This document shows positions 1 to 8,970 of a stretch of 22,223 nucleotides of DNA, piece after piece (the stretch's first letter is position 1; each line of letters begins with the position of its first letter). Made by a program: the position numbers and the translations under genes. Under the pieces are notes generated by a model. That model made no database searches. It was not told the DNA's origin and saw nothing but the letters and a program-made list of their open reading frames with translations. The stretch comes from a virus (lineage: Duplodnaviria > Heunggongvirae > Uroviricota > Caudoviricetes), in the IMG/VR virus record IMGVR_UViG_3300022468_000772, positions 1-22,223 of that record, one strand, 5' to 3'.

Positions 1-1
1 G

Positions 2-535
2 GGGTGGGGCGTGTGGCATTCAGGGCTCACCAGCGGGGCTTACTACTTAGAGTTAAACGCTACTGCGGCCCAAGCTGTGGCTGCGAATATGTGGAACAGC
101 ACTGTTCCCACATCGTCGGTAGTGTCGCTAGGCACGAATACAGATACCAACAGCGCAAGCACGTTTGTGATGTACTGCTTCGCTGAAATAGCAGGTTACT
201 CAAAGTTCGGCAGCTACACAGGAAATGGCAGTGCTGATGGTGTATTTGTTTACTTAGGTTTTCGGCCTAGGTTTGTAATGTTTAAACGTACTGATTCTGC
301 AGCATCATGGTATGTGATTGACTCTGCTCGTGATACAGCAAATGAGGAACAATCATTCCTTTACCCAAATTTGAATAACGCGGATACGATAGGTGTCGCT
401 GGAGGATATCGGATAGACTTCACATCAAATGGTTTAAAACTTCGCGGTAATGGCGCAGATATTAATGCTAGTGGTGGAACCTACATTTTCGCAGCTTTTG
501 CTGAAACACCATTTAAATATGCCAATGCAAGATAA
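2..535 (+). CDS. C-terminal part of a tail fibre/virion adhesin protein (5'-truncated by the window); paralog of the C-terminus of 4578..7631
   Basis: The frame is open from position 2 (GWGVWHSGL...). It shares YCFAEIxGxSKFGSYTG..DG.FVY.GF.PRFVMFKRTD...F.SNG.K.R....N.SG.TYIFAAFAE.PFKY..AR with the 1017-aa ORF. Confidence 0.8.
   Translation, partial: GWGVWHSGLTSGAYYLELNATAAQAVAANMWNSTVPTSSVVSLGTNTDTNSASTFVMYCFAEIAGYSKFGSYTGNGSADGVFVYLGFRPRFVMFKRTDSAASWYVIDSARDTANEEQSFLYPNLNNADTIGVAGGYRIDFTSNGLKLRGNGADINASGGTYIFAAFAETPFKYANAR
176..295 (+). repeat. Copy 1 of a dispersed homology block (other copy at 7281-7400)
   Basis: Exact matches: TGCTTCGCTGAAAT (176-189 = 7281-7294), AAGTTCGGCAGCTACACAGG (203-222 = 7308-7327), ATGTTTAAACGTACTGAT (278-295 = 7383-7400). 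Confidence 0.9.
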
Positions 536-546
536 TAGGAAAACAA

Positions 547-948
547 ATGCAATATCATAAAGAAACTGATACATATATTAATGAAGGTGTTGCTTTCACT
601 ATTGGTGAAACACAGTATCCATCAAATTGGTTTAATCTCACAACACCGGAAGAAAAGCTGGAGCATGGGTTTACAGAAGTCACATATTCTGGTGTACCAG
701 AATATTCGGAACTGCATTATACATCGGAAGTTCGCGAAGCCGGTGTTATTTCATATGTGAATACACCAAAGAGTGATGAACAAATTGTTCAAATTGAAAA
801 GAACAAGATTCTCACTCAAATTGTTCAGTTGGAAGCAGAAATAACTCCACGTAGATTGCGTGAAGCTATGTTAGGCGATACTGCTTGGTTGACTGCCAAG
901 GACACAGAGATTTCAGAACTTCGCAAAAAATTAGCAAGTATTAAATAA
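547..948 (+). CDS. Putative tail-fibre assembly/chaperone-like protein; paralog of 2138..2677
   Basis: SD AGGA at 537-540. It directly follows a fibre gene. The N-terminus YHKETDTY..AFTIGETQYPSNWFNL..EEKLEHGFTEV matches YHPKTNKY..GFTIEDNQYPAGWLNI..QDKLDIGLLEV. The C-terminus is coiled-coil-like. Confidence 0.6.
   Translation: MQYHKETDTYINEGVAFTIGETQYPSNWFNLTTPEEKLEHGFTEVTYSGVPEYSELHYTSEVREAGVISYVNTPKSDEQIVQIEKNKILTQIVQLEAEITPRRLREAMLGDTAWLTAKDTEISELRKKLASIK
940..947 (+). promoter_or_regulatory. Putative gp55-type late promoter (ATTAAATA)
   Basis: Variant of the T4 late promoter TATAAATA, 23 nt upstream of the ATG at 971. The same octamer recurs upstream of other genes. Confidence 0.5.
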
Positions 949-970
949 CCATAGATTATAGGAATAATAA

Positions 971-1303
971 ATGGCTAACGCATTCAAATCTGGTGGTTCA
1001 AACACCATTGGTCTTTCAAAGACAACTATCTATACTGCACCTGCACTCACCACTTCTACGGTAATTGGTTTATCACTTGCTAATGTACTTACGACTGAAA
1101 CCACAATTAAGGTAGATGTTATTTTAGGTAAAGGTGCAAATGAATATTATATCATCCGTGGCGCTCCTGTGATGGCTGGTGGTACGCTTATTGCTGTTGG
1201 TGGTGATCAGAAACTTGTTCTGGAAACCGGAAACACAGTGAAAGTTGTGTCATCCATTGCTGCTTCTGTTGACGCGATTATTTCAGTTCTTGAGGTGTCT
1301 TAA
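971..1303 (+). CDS. Small beta-rich virion structural protein
   Basis: SD AGGA. MANAFK...TTIYTAP..TSTVIGLSLANV...KLVLETGN.VKV.SS..S.D..ISVLE is a pattern I recognise from small structural proteins in aquatic phage tail modules. Confidence 0.65.
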   Translation: MANAFKSGGSNTIGLSKTTIYTAPALTTSTVIGLSLANVLTTETTIKVDVILGKGANEYYIIRGAPVMAGGTLIAVGGDQKLVLETGNTVKVVSSIAASVDAIISVLEVS

Positions 1304-1305
1304 TA

Positions 1306-2136
1306 ATGAAAGTTGATGCAAAACAAGTATCGGGTATTATTCCCGTTGCTAATGGTGGTACTGGTGCTTCTGATGCAGCAACCGCACGTGCGAATTTAGG
1401 TGCTGCTGCTCCTACTGATACTGTAGCAAAAGCTACGTCACTCGCTGGTGGTACTGCAGGTAACTTGGTTTATCAATCCGCTACTGGCACTACTTCCTAC
1501 GTTAGTAATGGCTCCAGTGGTCAACTGCTTCAATCCAATGGCGCGGGTGCGCCTAGCTTTGTTACATTTGCCGGTGGATTCTCCAACATTGCGGTTTTCA
1601 CTACAACTTCTGCATGGACAATCCCTGCTGGTATTACAAAATGTAAAGTTACTGTTGTTGGTGGTGGTGGTAATGGTGGTACTGGTTCTGGCCCATCTTG
1701 CGGTAACTACTATTCTCCCGGTGGCGGCGGTGGTGGTGGTGGTACAGCAATCAAATTCCTCTCTGGGTTAACACCTAGCAATACTCTTAACTGTACTATT
1801 GGCGGCGCAAGTGGTAGTTCTACTTTGACAAGTGGTACTCAGAGTATTACAACTATTACTGGTGGTGGTGGTGGTAATGGTGCTGCGTTGGCCCCTGGTT
1901 ATGGTGGCGGTGCATCCGGTGGCGATATAAACATTACTGGTAGTGCAGGTCAAAACAGTGTGTTTGGTAATGGATCAACTTATTCACGTGCTGGTTCTGG
2001 TGGGTCTTCTACGCATGGTGGCGGTGGTGTTGCTAGTTCAGGAGTTGGTGGGCAATATGGTGGTGGTGGTGGTGGTGGAAGTTTGAATTCTACTGGCGGT
2101 TCTGGTACACAGGGTGTAATTATTATCGAGTATTAA
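1306..2136 (+). CDS. Glycine-rich tail fibre/adhesin protein
   Basis: Fibre-type motif IPVANGGTGASDAATARANLG, linker GQLLQSNGAGAPSF, then a Gly-rich domain (FTTTSAWTIPAGITKCKVTVVGGGGNGG...G.SGTQGVIIIEY). Confidence 0.8.
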   Translation: MKVDAKQVSGIIPVANGGTGASDAATARANLGAAAPTDTVAKATSLAGGTAGNLVYQSATGTTSYVSNGSSGQLLQSNGAGAPSFVTFAGGFSNIAVFTTTSAWTIPAGITKCKVTVVGGGGNGGTGSGPSCGNYYSPGGGGGGGGTAIKFLSGLTPSNTLNCTIGGASGSSTLTSGTQSITTITGGGGGNGAALAPGYGGGASGGDINITGSAGQNSVFGNGSTYSRAGSGGSSTHGGGGVASSGVGGQYGGGGGGGSLNSTGGSGTQGVIIIEY

Positions 2137-2137
2137 A

Positions 2138-2677
2138 ATGTTCTATCATCCAAAAACTAACAAATATTATTCTCCACTTCAGGATATTGGTTTCACTATT
2201 GAAGATAACCAATATCCTGCGGGGTGGTTAAATATATCCAGTCTTCAAGATAAATTAGATATCGGATTACTTGAAGTTATAACTGAAGGTGAATACAAAG
2301 ACCCAAGATACTTCTTTAATACAGAAGAAATGGTTGGAAATATTCGCAAAATAGTTTCTACACCAAAGTCACAAGAAATGGTTGATGCTGTTAAAAAAGC
2401 AGAAATTGATGTTTTGTTAACTAAGGTTCGTGAAGCAAGAAAAGACACACTAAATATTCTTGCTGGTGTTGCAATTACAGCAACTATCTTGAATGAAACA
2501 GATGTTATTAACGCATATAAAATTGCTCGACAGTCTTTATTGGATATCACCAAGGATTTGCCTTCAGATATTGAAGGTATTAAATTAACACTTGTACAAA
2601 GATATCAAGATATTGTTATCACAGCAATTACATCTGCACCATCTTTGGAAAAAGCATTTAGCGCGATAGATTTATAA
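2138..2677 (+). CDS. Putative tail-fibre assembly/chaperone-like protein; paralog of 547..948
   Basis: Follows a fibre gene and shares the N-terminal domain of 547..948. The C-terminal YKIARQSLLDITKDLP resembles the (Y/W)RQ.L.DI motif of phage tail-assembly chaperones. Confidence 0.6.
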   Translation: MFYHPKTNKYYSPLQDIGFTIEDNQYPAGWLNISSLQDKLDIGLLEVITEGEYKDPRYFFNTEEMVGNIRKIVSTPKSQEMVDAVKKAEIDVLLTKVREARKDTLNILAGVAITATILNETDVINAYKIARQSLLDITKDLPSDIEGIKLTLVQRYQDIVITAITSAPSLEKAFSAIDL

Positions 2678-2678
2678 A

Positions 2679-3101
2679 ATGTCATATTTAGGTAATCAAA
2701 CAGGAACAGGAGTTGGTACATCAATTCCACTACCATTAGCAGTAGCATCGGGCGGTACATCTGCCAGCACAATTATTGGCGCAAAGACTGCTTTGGGTAT
2801 TATTTCTGCTGCAAATGATGGTAACTTAGTTGAAAGCGGCACTACTGCGCAACGTGGTGCAGCAACTCAATACAAGATTAGATTCAACGTTGATACTTCT
2901 AAATATGAAGGTTCAACTGGATCAACTTGGTCTTCAATTGGTGGTGGCGCACTAAACGATGTTTTCTTTGTTAATAAGAAAACACTCACTGTGAACACAA
3001 CAATTGTATCTGGTGAAGGAGCAATTGTTAATGGGCCACTTGTTATTGCTGATGGTGTCACTGTCACAATTCAAGACAATGGCTCGATGGTTGTTATTTA
3101 A
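2679..3101 (+). CDS. Short tail-fibre-related structural protein
   Basis: Starts MSYLGNQ. Contains the fibre motif LAVASGGTSAST..AKTALG, GTTAQR...IRFN.DTSKYEG..GSTWSSIGGGA and the C-terminal GPLVIADGVTVTI motif. Confidence 0.7.
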   Translation: MSYLGNQTGTGVGTSIPLPLAVASGGTSASTIIGAKTALGIISAANDGNLVESGTTAQRGAATQYKIRFNVDTSKYEGSTGSTWSSIGGGALNDVFFVNKKTLTVNTTIVSGEGAIVNGPLVIADGVTVTIQDNGSMVVI

Positions 3102-3110
3102 GGAATAATT

Positions 3111-3533
3111 ATGTTGAAAAAATTTGCCATTATTGAAAATGGTGTTATTATTAATATTGCAGTGGCTGAAGATAAATGGCCTTTTGATCAAGAGCATATC
3201 GAATTGGCTGACGATCAAATGGTTAATATTGGCTGGAAAGTAAAAGATGGTGCAATCGTTGTACCTTATACAGCACTTCCAAACTCACCAACCCAGATTC
3301 AAGTTTCTGATACAGAATTAAAATATGTGTTCTTGAAGGATCAAGAACTAGCAATGCATAATCACATTGAAGGTGGTAGACACACTACAGAAATTCTTTC
3401 TGGTTCATTTAAAATTATTCGTAACGGAAAAGAATCTATTGCGAATGTTGGTGATAAATTGAAATTCACCAAAACAGAAAATCACTCAATCACCGCATTA
3501 GAAGCTGGTGAAATTTTAAACACACAATACTAA
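3111..3533 (+). CDS. Tail-associated N-terminal domain fused to a cupin-like domain
   Basis: SD AAGGA. The N-terminal KFAIIENGVIINIAVA...VNIGW is typical of small proteins that follow fibre genes. The C-terminal MHNH..GRHTTEILSGS...FTKTENHSITALE fits cupin metal-binding motifs. Confidence 0.6.
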   Translation: MLKKFAIIENGVIINIAVAEDKWPFDQEHIELADDQMVNIGWKVKDGAIVVPYTALPNSPTQIQVSDTELKYVFLKDQELAMHNHIEGGRHTTEILSGSFKIIRNGKESIANVGDKLKFTKTENHSITALEAGEILNTQY

Positions 3534-3539
3534 GTTCAT

Positions 3540-4145
3540 ATGGCTGGCGATTTAACCGTAAATAGAGTTCAACTTGGTGATAGTACCACTGCTGCAAATA
3601 ATTTTGTTTGGCAAACCAACACAGATGGAACCGCTAAATTGGCGCGTGGAAATATCGGAGCAACAACTCAGGACATTCTGACTGTTGCTGCTGATGGCAA
3701 AATAGGTCTACCACAAGGTATTGGTGGTAGACCTGCATTTCATGCATACAAAACAACTTTACAACCAATTACAGCAAATGCTTATGCAAAAGTCACACTT
3801 GATGCAGAATTGTTTGATTTTACCGGAGCTTTTGATTCAACCACTAATTCACGATTTCAACCTAATGTAGCTGGATATTATCAAATAATTGGTAAAGTTG
3901 CTGCTGTTAATTCTACAGGTCAGCAGCGTGTTATTGCCACATTATACAAAAATGGTGTCGAATATATTAGAATTAGTGATGCTGCTGTTAATGCATCATA
4001 TGGAACATCACAAGGTTCATCGATCATCTATATGAATGGTACAACTGATTACTTGGAGCTATGGACTTATATAATTGCAACAACTGCTATATTGGATAAT
4101 TCAATTCTAAATGGTTGCTATCTTCAGGGATATTTGATTACATAA
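3540..4145 (+). CDS. Virion protein with a C-terminal C1q/TNF-like domain (probable trimeric fibre tip)
   Basis: PAFHAY...KVTLDAELFD..GAFD....RFQPNVAGYYQI...LYKNG...IIYMNGTTDYLELW matches the C1q-like beta-sandwich pattern. Confidence 0.75.
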   Translation: MAGDLTVNRVQLGDSTTAANNFVWQTNTDGTAKLARGNIGATTQDILTVAADGKIGLPQGIGGRPAFHAYKTTLQPITANAYAKVTLDAELFDFTGAFDSTTNSRFQPNVAGYYQIIGKVAAVNSTGQQRVIATLYKNGVEYIRISDAAVNASYGTSQGSSIIYMNGTTDYLELWTYIIATTAILDNSILNGCYLQGYLIT

Positions 4146-4152
4146 TTAAATA
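4145..4152 (+). promoter_or_regulatory. Putative late promoter (ATTAAATA)
   Basis: Intergenic, 24 nt upstream of the ATG at 4177. Confidence 0.55.
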
Positions 4153-4176
4153 AATCATAACACTCAGAAGAATACT

Positions 4177-4581
4177 ATGCTCACCAGTTCATCAAGCCCA
4201 ACACAATCAACATTCACACATGAATCATTTGACTCTCTCAACTTCAAAGAGGGAACTGCTTTTGCTATTCAACAAACCCTGACTTATGGCGCAACCATAA
4301 ATTGGGATACTCGTTATGGACAATTAGCTGTTGTGACTTTGACTGGCGCAACTGCCACTGTAGCTGCTCCGACCAATATGATTTCTGGTGCATTCTACAA
4401 TATTGAGATTCGTCAAGATGGTAATGGATCAAGAGTGTTGGTTTGGAATAGTATTTTCAAATTTGCAAATAACGCTGCACCAACTCTTACACCAACTGCA
4501 TCTTACAAAGATTTCATTACATTCAAATTTGATGGTACAAATCTTTGTGAGCAAGGTCGTTCACAAGGCATTGCACCATGA
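4177..4581 (+). CDS. Small tail-fibre-associated structural protein
   Basis: TLTYGATINWD...VTLTG...APTN..G..Y.IEIRQDGNGSR.L.W...FKF....PTLT...DFITF..DGTN pattern. Its stop overlaps the next start (ATGA). Confidence 0.7.
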   Translation: MLTSSSSPTQSTFTHESFDSLNFKEGTAFAIQQTLTYGATINWDTRYGQLAVVTLTGATATVAAPTNMISGAFYNIEIRQDGNGSRVLVWNSIFKFANNAAPTLTPTASYKDFITFKFDGTNLCEQGRSQGIAP

Positions 4582-7500
4582 GTTTTCCTTTAATTTCCGC
4601 ATCCACAACAACGGGTTATCAAATCCCTACTTCGTTGCGTCTTAAAAGTTCTACAGGCTCATTTATTTCTTATACTCCGACAATTTCTGGTAACCAAACA
4701 ACATGGACATGGAGTGGTTGGGTAAAGCGGGGCACGATTGGTGTAAATAACAACATTATAAGTGCAGGGTTGATTAGTGGTACATACCGTTATACCCGAC
4801 TGTATTTTGATAATTCAGATAATTTAGTTTTCTATCATTACCCGGATGCGGCAAGTATTCAAGTAACAACATCAGCAAAGTTTCGTGATCCATCAGCATG
4901 GTATCATATTGTTCTTGCAGTTGATACGACACAGCCATCTGACATAAACGGGGTTCGCATTTGGGTGAATGGGGTTTCACAGTCACTTGTATTTGCTAGT
5001 TATACACAGAATGCAAACACTTATATAAACACTTCGACATACTCGTCATGGATTGGTAAATTTGTAACTGGTGGCGCAAATGATTATTTCGATGGATATA
5101 TCTCAGAAGTTAATTTCATTGATGGTCGTCAGGAACTAACACCAGCATCTTTTGGACAGTTTGATTCCGATGGTAACTGGAAAGCCAAAACATACTCCGG
5201 TGCTTATGGTATGAATGGCTTTTATATGCCATTCACCGATACAACAACAACTACAGCACTGGTTCAAAGTAAATCAAAACCACCAGCAAAGTCTAATATG
5301 TCTGTTGTTGGTGACACCAAATGGTCTACGGCACAAACTAAATTTTCCGATAAGTCAATATATTTTGATGGAACCGGAGATTACTTAGCGCATCCAAATT
5401 CCGCAAGTTTAGCCACTGGTGCATCCAATTGTACTATTGAGGGGTGGGTTTTCCCTATTACTCTTACTGGAGCATCCAAAATTTTCTTGGTTGGTCAAAG
5501 TGACTATGCTTCTGCTGCAGGTTCAAGTTTTATAACTTACTTGGGTGGATCAAGTAATTCAGATTTGTATTATGGCTCGTCTGTAATTAGTGTTGCTTCA
5601 CCAAATCCAATTGTTGGTCAGTGGAACCACGTTGCATGGGTACGTGAGGGAACAAATTGGACAAGTTATTTGAATGGAAGTCGAGTAGCTACTGCTTCTG
5701 GCATTGGTTCAAATTCAGTTAATGCAGGATCAAACGCATATGCTGCTGGTATCGGTGGCGCAACAAATAATAATGGTATATACAACTTCAATGGGTATAT
5801 TTCAGAACTTCAAATGGTTACTGGAGTTGCCAAATACTCTGGTGCAACATATACCATTCCTAATTCAGAATTAATCAACAATAATTCTGATTGGCCTAAT
5901 ATTTTATTGGGAATTTATGGTTCATATGGTTCTATGGCGTCACAAACCACAATACCATATACCTTTGCACAAAAATTTTCACCAAGCGGAATTAGTCTTT
6001 CTAATGACCATACATATGATTCAATGAAAGATGTACCTCTTGGAATTGGTGCTGGTGAATTAGGAAACTATGCTACTTTCAACTCATTGATTCGCACTAC
6101 CAATAATAGTGGATCATTGACATATTCCGATGGAAATTTAGCTGTAAATATTGGATCATATGCGAATACAGCGGTTGGAACCATTGGAGTTAGCAGTGGT
6201 AAGTGGTATTGGGAAATAACACCACTTTCTACCACAAACACACCTTCTTTTTATATTGGTGTAGCTGCACAAGGATTTAATAATGGTCTACAGCCAGATT
6301 ATGACCCATTGCAATGGGTCTACTATGGGCAGACTGCTCTTAAAGTTAATAATTCCCAAACAGCTTATGGTGAAACATTTTCAGTTGGTGATAATATTGG
6401 TGTTGCACTGGATATGGATGCAGGAACTTTGACATTCTACAAAAATGGAATTAGTCAGGGTCAGGCTTTTAGTGGGATCACCGGAATAATTTTCCCTATT
6501 TGTTCATATGGGAATTTCCAATCTGTTTTGTATGTGGGGAATTTTGGTCAGCGACCATTTAAGTATTCTATACCTACTGGTTTTAAACCACTACATACTG
6601 GCAATTTGCCTAACCCCACAATCGTGAAGCCTAATAAGCATTTTGATGTGGTGACGTACACTGGTAATGGTACATCACAATCTATATCTGGTGCTCAGTT
6701 TCAGCCCGATTTAGTTTGGAACAAAGATCGTAGTGCGGCAAATTCACACATGGTTTTTGACAGTGTACGGGGTGTATTAAAAGCTCTTGTAACAAATGCC
6801 ACTTTCGCAGAGCAAGATTTAGCAGGAACACTCACATCATTCAACTCAAATGGGTTTTCTATTGGAAATTATGCTAATGATAATACATTGAATAATGCAT
6901 ATGTTTCATGGCTCTGGAAAGCTGGTGAGTTACCAGTGACTAATAATTCTGGTTCAATTACAACTCAGGTGAGCGCGAATACTTCAACAGGATTCTCGAT
7001 TGTTACATGGACAGGTGTGCCTACAAATTCTTCACCTTCAACATTTGGGCATGGTTTGGGTGTTGCTCCTAAATTCATCATTTTAAAAAATAGAGATTTA
7101 TCTGATGACTGGTACTGTTATCATGATTCTTTAGGTAATACATCACGAATATCACTCAATACGACTTCTGCAAAGGTAACAAGCTATCTTGGGTTTAATA
7201 GTACACCTCCATCTGCGTCTGTTTTCACAGTGGCAAATAATGCACTTGTAACAAATTCATCTCAGAAAGTGTTGGCATATTGCTTCGCTGAAATCCCCGG
7301 CTTCTCCAAGTTCGGCAGCTACACAGGCACCGGAAACATAGATGGCCCATTTGTTTACTGTGGATTTAAACCACGGTTTGTGATGTTTAAACGTACTGAT
7401 GCTACAAGTGATTGGATGATTATAGATTCTGCCAGATCACAATATAATGTAGCAAAAGAGTCAGTTTATGCAAACTTAGCAATTGCTGAAGAGTCTTCTT

Positions 7501-7631
7501 CCAATATTATAGATTTAGTCTCAAATGGCTTTAAAATAAGAAACAATTTTAATAACGTAAATATTGCTTCTGGAACATATATCTTCGCAGCATTTGCAGA
7601 ACAACCATTTAAATATGGATTGGCGAGGTAA
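4578..7631 (+). CDS. Large multidomain tail fibre/receptor-binding protein: two concanavalin A/LamG-like domains, a SPRY-like domain and a conserved C-terminal module
   Basis: LamG motifs TWTWSGWVKRG, FRDPSAWYHIVLAVDTT, FDGYISEVNFIDG; a second LamG (YFDGTGDYL, TIEGWV, QWNHVAWVR, FNGYISEL); SPRY motifs SSGKWYWEI and GDNIGVALDMDAGTLTFYKNG; C-terminal FQPDLVW.KDR and SKFGSYTG module. Confidence 0.85.
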   Translation: MSFPLISASTTTGYQIPTSLRLKSSTGSFISYTPTISGNQTTWTWSGWVKRGTIGVNNNIISAGLISGTYRYTRLYFDNSDNLVFYHYPDAASIQVTTSAKFRDPSAWYHIVLAVDTTQPSDINGVRIWVNGVSQSLVFASYTQNANTYINTSTYSSWIGKFVTGGANDYFDGYISEVNFIDGRQELTPASFGQFDSDGNWKAKTYSGAYGMNGFYMPFTDTTTTTALVQSKSKPPAKSNMSVVGDTKWSTAQTKFSDKSIYFDGTGDYLAHPNSASLATGASNCTIEGWVFPITLTGASKIFLVGQSDYASAAGSSFITYLGGSSNSDLYYGSSVISVASPNPIVGQWNHVAWVREGTNWTSYLNGSRVATASGIGSNSVNAGSNAYAAGIGGATNNNGIYNFNGYISELQMVTGVAKYSGATYTIPNSELINNNSDWPNILLGIYGSYGSMASQTTIPYTFAQKFSPSGISLSNDHTYDSMKDVPLGIGAGELGNYATFNSLIRTTNNSGSLTYSDGNLAVNIGSYANTAVGTIGVSSGKWYWEITPLSTTNTPSFYIGVAAQGFNNGLQPDYDPLQWVYYGQTALKVNNSQTAYGETFSVGDNIGVALDMDAGTLTFYKNGISQGQAFSGITGIIFPICSYGNFQSVLYVGNFGQRPFKYSIPTGFKPLHTGNLPNPTIVKPNKHFDVVTYTGNGTSQSISGAQFQPDLVWNKDRSAANSHMVFDSVRGVLKALVTNATFAEQDLAGTLTSFNSNGFSIGNYANDNTLNNAYVSWLWKAGELPVTNNSGSITTQVSANTSTGFSIVTWTGVPTNSSPSTFGHGLGVAPKFIILKNRDLSDDWYCYHDSLGNTSRISLNTTSAKVTSYLGFNSTPPSASVFTVANNALVTNSSQKVLAYCFAEIPGFSKFGSYTGTGNIDGPFVYCGFKPRFVMFKRTDATSDWMIIDSARSQYNVAKESVYANLAIAEESSSNIIDLVSNGFKIRNNFNNVNIASGTYIFAAFAEQPFKYGLAR
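7281..7400 (+). repeat. Copy 2 of the dispersed homology block shared with 176-295
   Basis: The same three exact matches (14, 20 and 18 bp) at a constant offset of 7105 nt. Confidence 0.9.
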
Positions 7632-7634
7632 TAG

Positions 7635-7988
7635 ATGTTTGAATACCTGTTTTTTGTTTTATCTACACCAATTATACTGGCTGGTTTATATCCAATTGCC
7701 ATTCAATATGAGCGTGGTGGTTGGTGGCAGATTTTTTATGCTGTTGCGGTTCCAGCGCTGATTATTGATGCTATTGCAAATTGGATACCAATTTCTATTC
7801 TGCTTTTTGAGCGACCATTTAAATACTCACCAACTCTACATAGAACAGAATATACATTTTCTGACAGACTAGAACGACTGGTGTTTGAGATTAATTGGCG
7901 TGGCCCACTGGCACGTTTTATAGCAAAGACATTAAATACTATTGCACCATCCAAGGTGCATATCAGAAACTACCCTTACACTTGGTAA
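7635..7988 (+). CDS. Small membrane protein of unknown function
   Basis: Two to three hydrophobic segments followed by EYTFSDRLERL...LARFIAKTLNTIAP. It fills the gap between two fibre genes. Confidence 0.65.
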   Translation: MFEYLFFVLSTPIILAGLYPIAIQYERGGWWQIFYAVAVPALIIDAIANWIPISILLFERPFKYSPTLHRTEYTFSDRLERLVFEINWRGPLARFIAKTLNTIAPSKVHIRNYPYTW

Positions 7989-7991
7989 AAT

Positions 7992-8948
7992 ATGGCATAT
8001 ATTGGCAATAATAGCACAGTCAGCAACATTCAAAAAATTGACTCACTAGCATTCAACTCTTCATCAACAACATTTGACATTCGTGTTGGTGGTGTGTTAG
8101 TTGTTGTCGGAAGTTCTACATCGCTGTTTATTTCCGTTGGTGGTGTTATTCAGGAACCAAGTGTTGACTATTCCGTCAATGGTAGTTCTATTATTTTTTC
8201 TACTGCTCCAGCTACTGGTTTGAGTTTCTTTGGTATTATTCTTGGCTCTTCTGTCAATATAGGTACACCTGCAGATAGCACAGTCACAAATGCAAAAATT
8301 GGGGAAACAGTCTCCATTCTCAAAGGTGGTACTGGTGCCACAACTGCTGATGCCGCATTGACTAATTTGGGTGGGGGTGCTGCCGGTAAAGCAGTTTTTG
8401 CATCCGCCACACAAGCAAATGCCAGAACACAGTTGGGATTAGGAACTGCTGCAGTTTTGGATGTTAGTGCGGTTAACGTACCAATTGGTGCGTCGCTTGA
8501 GTGGAATGGTTCTTCCGATCCTACTAATTTCATGATTGAAGATGGTAGAGCAATTTCTAGAACAACTTATTCTGTTTTATACGGTATTTTAGGAACTACA
8601 TTTGGTGTTGGCGATGGTTCAACCACATTCAATATTCCTAATAGTATTAATAGAGTTTCAGTTGGTGCCGGTGGATTGTATAGTATTGGTGGAACTGGTG
8701 GTAGCAAAGATGCAATAGTTCCTGCTCACACACACAGTATTAATGATCCAGGCCACACCCACTTTTCTGGTAATTATACACACACCAACCAATATACCGG
8801 AAATGGTGGTGGTAGCTCTCTTAATGGTAGTGCTATCTATACTGGATCATCTGCAACAGGTATCACAGTGAACTCAACTGGCTCGTCTGCAACTGATGCA
8901 AATATGATGCCATATATTGCAAAACGAAAAATTATTAGAGTCCTTTAA
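7992..8948 (+). CDS. Tail fibre protein with a phage tail-collar domain (short tail fibre-like)
   Basis: Starts MAYIGNN. VGGVIQEPSVDYSVNGSSIIFSTAP, fibre motif KGGTGATTADAALTNLG, collar motif PIGA...DGRAISRTTYSVLY..LGTTFGVGDGSTTFNIP, HTH/HTH metal-binding tip and MPYIA..KIIR end. Confidence 0.85.
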   Translation: MAYIGNNSTVSNIQKIDSLAFNSSSTTFDIRVGGVLVVVGSSTSLFISVGGVIQEPSVDYSVNGSSIIFSTAPATGLSFFGIILGSSVNIGTPADSTVTNAKIGETVSILKGGTGATTADAALTNLGGGAAGKAVFASATQANARTQLGLGTAAVLDVSAVNVPIGASLEWNGSSDPTNFMIEDGRAISRTTYSVLYGILGTTFGVGDGSTTFNIPNSINRVSVGAGGLYSIGGTGGSKDAIVPAHTHSINDPGHTHFSGNYTHTNQYTGNGGGSSLNGSAIYTGSSATGITVNSTGSSATDANMMPYIAKRKIIRVL

Positions 8949-8970
8949 TAAATGCAGAATTGAATACTAA

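Noticed and set aside
1657-2100. (GGT)n runs as a microsatellite or contingency locus
   Set aside because: They are in-frame poly-Gly codons of a Gly-rich fibre domain.
176-7631. Diversity-generating retroelement TR/VR pair between the two fibre C-termini
   Set aside because: The differences are not adenine-specific, both copies are coding, and there is no reverse transcriptase in the window. They look like ordinary paralogs.
6550-7828. 13-bp match AGCGACCATTTAA (RPFKYS) between the large fibre gene and the small membrane-protein gene
   Set aside because: A single short match with no extended homology, plausibly chance.
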